Origin: Alphaproteobacteria bacterium
GTDB taxonomy: Bacteria; Pseudomonadota; Alphaproteobacteria; UBA6615
Assembly: GCA_028279245.1 (NCBI GenBank)
Contig: JANQOE010000004.1
Span: forward strand, 31,724-95,723
Length of the DNA stretch: 64,000 bases
Direction of reading: 5' to 3'
The notes below the pieces were generated by a model. That model was not told the origin of the DNA and searched no databases. It saw only the letters and a list, made by a program, of their open reading frames with translations. Shown here one piece after another: positions 61,033 to 64,000 of this stretch; position 1 is the first letter of the stretch, and the number at the start of each line of letters is the position of its first letter. The translations under genes and the position numbers were made by a program.

Positions 61033-63465
61033 ATGAGCAGCCCTGCGTATATCCGCTGGTTTGCCGATTTGACGAACGAAGACGTGCCGCTGGTTGGCGG
61101 CAAGAATGCCTCGCTGGGCGAAATGTTCAGCGAACTCGCGCCGCTCGGCGTCCGCGTACCTGACGGCTTTGCGACGACGGCGGATGCCTACCGCGACATG
61201 CTGTCAGCCGACGGCACGGACCGGAAGCTGCTTGACCTGTTGTCCGGGCTCGACAAGAGCGATGTGCAGGCATTGGCCCGGGTCGGTATGAAGGCCCGCG
61301 AACTGGTGTATGCGGCCGGTCTGCCGGAGCAACTGCGCCACGAGATCGTTGCCGCCTACGGCCGGCTGGAACAGGAGTATGGCGAGGGTGTTTCCGTCGC
61401 GGTGCGGAGCTCGGCCACCGCCGAAGACCTGCCGACGGCCAGCTTTGCCGGCCAGCATGACACGTTCCTCAACGTGCACGGCGTCGAGATGCTGCTTGAT
61501 GCCTGCCGCCGCTGTTACGCCTCGCTGTATACGGACCGGGCGATCTCTTACCGGATCGACAAGGGCTTCGATCACGAGAAGGTGGCACTGTCGATCGGCG
61601 TGCAGAAGATGGTGCGCTCCGACCTGGCGTCGGCCGGGGTGATGTTCTCTATCGATACGGAGACTGGCTTCCCTGACGTCGTGTTCATCACCGGGGCCTA
61701 CGGGCTCGGCGAAAATGTCGTGCAGGGCGCCGTCGATGTCGACGAGTTCTATGTGCACAAGCCCACGTACCGGAAGGGACATCGGGCGGTATTGCGCCGC
61801 GTGCTGGGCGACAAGCAGCTCAAGATGGTGTTCAGCACCGGACGGACCCGGGAGCCGACGCGCAACATTCCGACGCCGAAGGCGGAGCGTGCACGCTTCT
61901 GCATCAATGATGAAGAGGTCGTCGAACTGGCGGATTATGCCATCAAGATCGAAGACCATTACAGCAAAGTCGCCGGCACCAATCGGCCGATGGATATCGA
62001 ATGGGCCAAGGATTTTTACGACGGTAAGCTCTACATCGTGCAGGCCCGCCCCGAGACCGTCGCTTCGCAACAGGAAGGCACGGTTCTCGAGAATTATGAG
62101 ATGCGGGGTAGTGGCGATGTGTTGGTTGCCGGCCGGGCCGTCGGGACCAAGGCGGCGCAAGGTCCGGCTCGCGTCATCGATAACGTGCATCACTTAAACG
62201 AGTTCAAGCCCGGCGAGGTGCTGGTCGCCGATACGACCACGCCGGACTGGGAGCCGGTCATGAAGACGGCGGCGGCGATTGTTACCAACCGGGGCGGCCG
62301 CACCTGCCATGCTGCGATCGTCTCGCGTGAACTTGGCATTCCGGCAATTGTCGGTGCCGAGCATGCGACCGAGGTGCTGCGCGGTAAGGGCATGGTCACG
62401 GCCTCCTGCGCGGAGGGTGACGTTGGCCGGGTCTATGACGGTGATGTGCCGTTCGAGATCGTGCGCACCGACCTGACCCAGGTTTCGCGGCCGGCCACCG
62501 AGATCATGATCAACCTGGGCAACCCGGAACTGGCGTTCAAGACCAGCTTCATACCGAACGATGGCGTCGGCTTGGCGCGGATGGAATTCATCATCAACGA
62601 GTACATCAAGATCCATCCGATGGCCTTGCTGCATCCGGAGAAGGTCGAGGATACCGCCGAGATGGCGCGGATCCACGCTTTGGTCGGCCAACACAACCGG
62701 CCCGCCGACTTCTTCGTCGAACGGCTTTCGGAGGGTGTTGGCACCATTGCCGCGGCGTTCTATCCGAAGCCCGTCGTGGTCCGGCTGTCGGACTTCAAGA
62801 CCAACGAGTATGCGGCGTTGATCGGCGGCAAGCCGTTCGAGCCGATCGAAGCCAACCCGATGATCGGCTTCCGTGGCGCCTCACGCTACGCCCACCCGGC
62901 CTATCAGGAAGGCTTCGCGCTGGAATGTGCGGCGATGAAACGGGTGCGGGACGAAATGGGTCTGACCAACCTGATCCTGATGATCCCGTTCGTGCGGACG
63001 ACGACCGAGGGCGAGAAGGTGCTCGGCGTGATGGCGGAACATGGCCTTGTGCGCGGCGAAAACGGGCTCAAGGTCTATGTGATGTGCGAGATCCCGAACA
63101 ACGTGGTGCAGGTCGACAAGTTTATGGAGATGTTCGACGGTCTGTCGATCGGCTCCAACGACCTGACCCAGCTTACCCTCGGAATCGATCGGGACTCCGA
63201 AATGGTGGCGTTCGAATTCGATGAGCGCGACCCCGGCGTTTACGAGATGCTGCGGCTGGCGGTGGAAGGCGCGAAGCGCAAGGGCCGGCATTCGGGCATT
63301 TGCGGTCAGGCGCCGTCCGACTATCCCGAGGTGGCGCAGTACTTGGTCGAACTCGGCATCGACTCCGTCAGTCTGACGCCGGACAGTGTGCTGAAGACGA
63401 TGGCGGCGATCCAAGAGATCGAGAGCCAGCAAGGACGTGCCCCGCGCGCAATGGCCGCGGACTAG
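61033..63465 (+). CDS. ppsA: Phosphoenolpyruvate synthase
   Basis: VGGKNASLGEM, RSSATAEDLP, GGRTCHAAIV, SIGSNDLTQ, GICGQAPSD. SD AGGGAGG. Confidence 0.97.
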   Translation: MSSPAYIRWFADLTNEDVPLVGGKNASLGEMFSELAPLGVRVPDGFATTADAYRDMLSADGTDRKLLDLLSGLDKSDVQALARVGMKARELVYAAGLPEQLRHEIVAAYGRLEQEYGEGVSVAVRSSATAEDLPTASFAGQHDTFLNVHGVEMLLDACRRCYASLYTDRAISYRIDKGFDHEKVALSIGVQKMVRSDLASAGVMFSIDTETGFPDVVFITGAYGLGENVVQGAVDVDEFYVHKPTYRKGHRAVLRRVLGDKQLKMVFSTGRTREPTRNIPTPKAERARFCINDEEVVELADYAIKIEDHYSKVAGTNRPMDIEWAKDFYDGKLYIVQARPETVASQQEGTVLENYEMRGSGDVLVAGRAVGTKAAQGPARVIDNVHHLNEFKPGEVLVADTTTPDWEPVMKTAAAIVTNRGGRTCHAAIVSRELGIPAIVGAEHATEVLRGKGMVTASCAEGDVGRVYDGDVPFEIVRTDLTQVSRPATEIMINLGNPELAFKTSFIPNDGVGLARMEFIINEYIKIHPMALLHPEKVEDTAEMARIHALVGQHNRPADFFVERLSEGVGTIAAAFYPKPVVVRLSDFKTNEYAALIGGKPFEPIEANPMIGFRGASRYAHPAYQEGFALECAAMKRVRDEMGLTNLILMIPFVRTTTEGEKVLGVMAEHGLVRGENGLKVYVMCEIPNNVVQVDKFMEMFDGLSIGSNDLTQLTLGIDRDSEMVAFEFDERDPGVYEMLRLAVEGAKRKGRHSGICGQAPSDYPEVAQYLVELGIDSVSLTPDSVLKTMAAIQEIESQQGRAPRAMAAD

Positions 63466-63471
63466 GTTTTG

Positions 63472-63507
63472 CGCACCGGGGGCGGGGCGGATTGCCCCGC
63501 CGGTGCG
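63472..63507. other. GC-rich intergenic hairpin between ppsA and ldh (no U-tract)
   Basis: CGCACC..GGCGGGGC / GCCCCGCC GGTGCG. Confidence 0.5.
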
Positions 63508-63512
63508 GTTAG

Positions 63513-64000
<488 letters not shown>

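Overview
GC-rich alphaproteobacterial chromosome segment, Rhodospirillales-like by gene order (inference). Most of it is conserved housekeeping synteny: yicC-gmk; lptF-lptG-lptD-surA-pdxA-rsmA; pepA-holC; ndk; purM-purN; DUF2066-perM-hdaA-ppk1; rnd/aspS; divK-pleD; rpmG; pyrB-pyrC'-plsY-dprA-topA-rnr; ruvX; gatCAB; ppsA-ldh. I saw no tRNA, rRNA, CRISPR array or transposase. The best candidate for an undescribed system lies between pyrB and ruvX. A 25-codon leader peptide missing from the ORF track (7 Thr in 8 codons) has overlapping antiterminator and terminator hairpins. It sits directly upstream of a threonyl-tRNA synthetase that lacks the N-terminal TGS and editing domains, which suggests a ribosome-stalling-inducible, editing-less ThrRS. 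Other notable items: a divergent pyruvoyl-decarboxylase (AdoMetDC-fold) gene coupled to gatA; a suhB/MmgR-like sRNA with PhaR-like boxes antisense between gatA and gatB; a periplasmic-binding-protein / 4xPAS hybrid kinase / OmpR-regulator islet; and a purM gene whose conserved N-terminus has no canonical start codon (ATT start or 1-nt deletion). All assignments come from motif recognition by eye, with no database searches.
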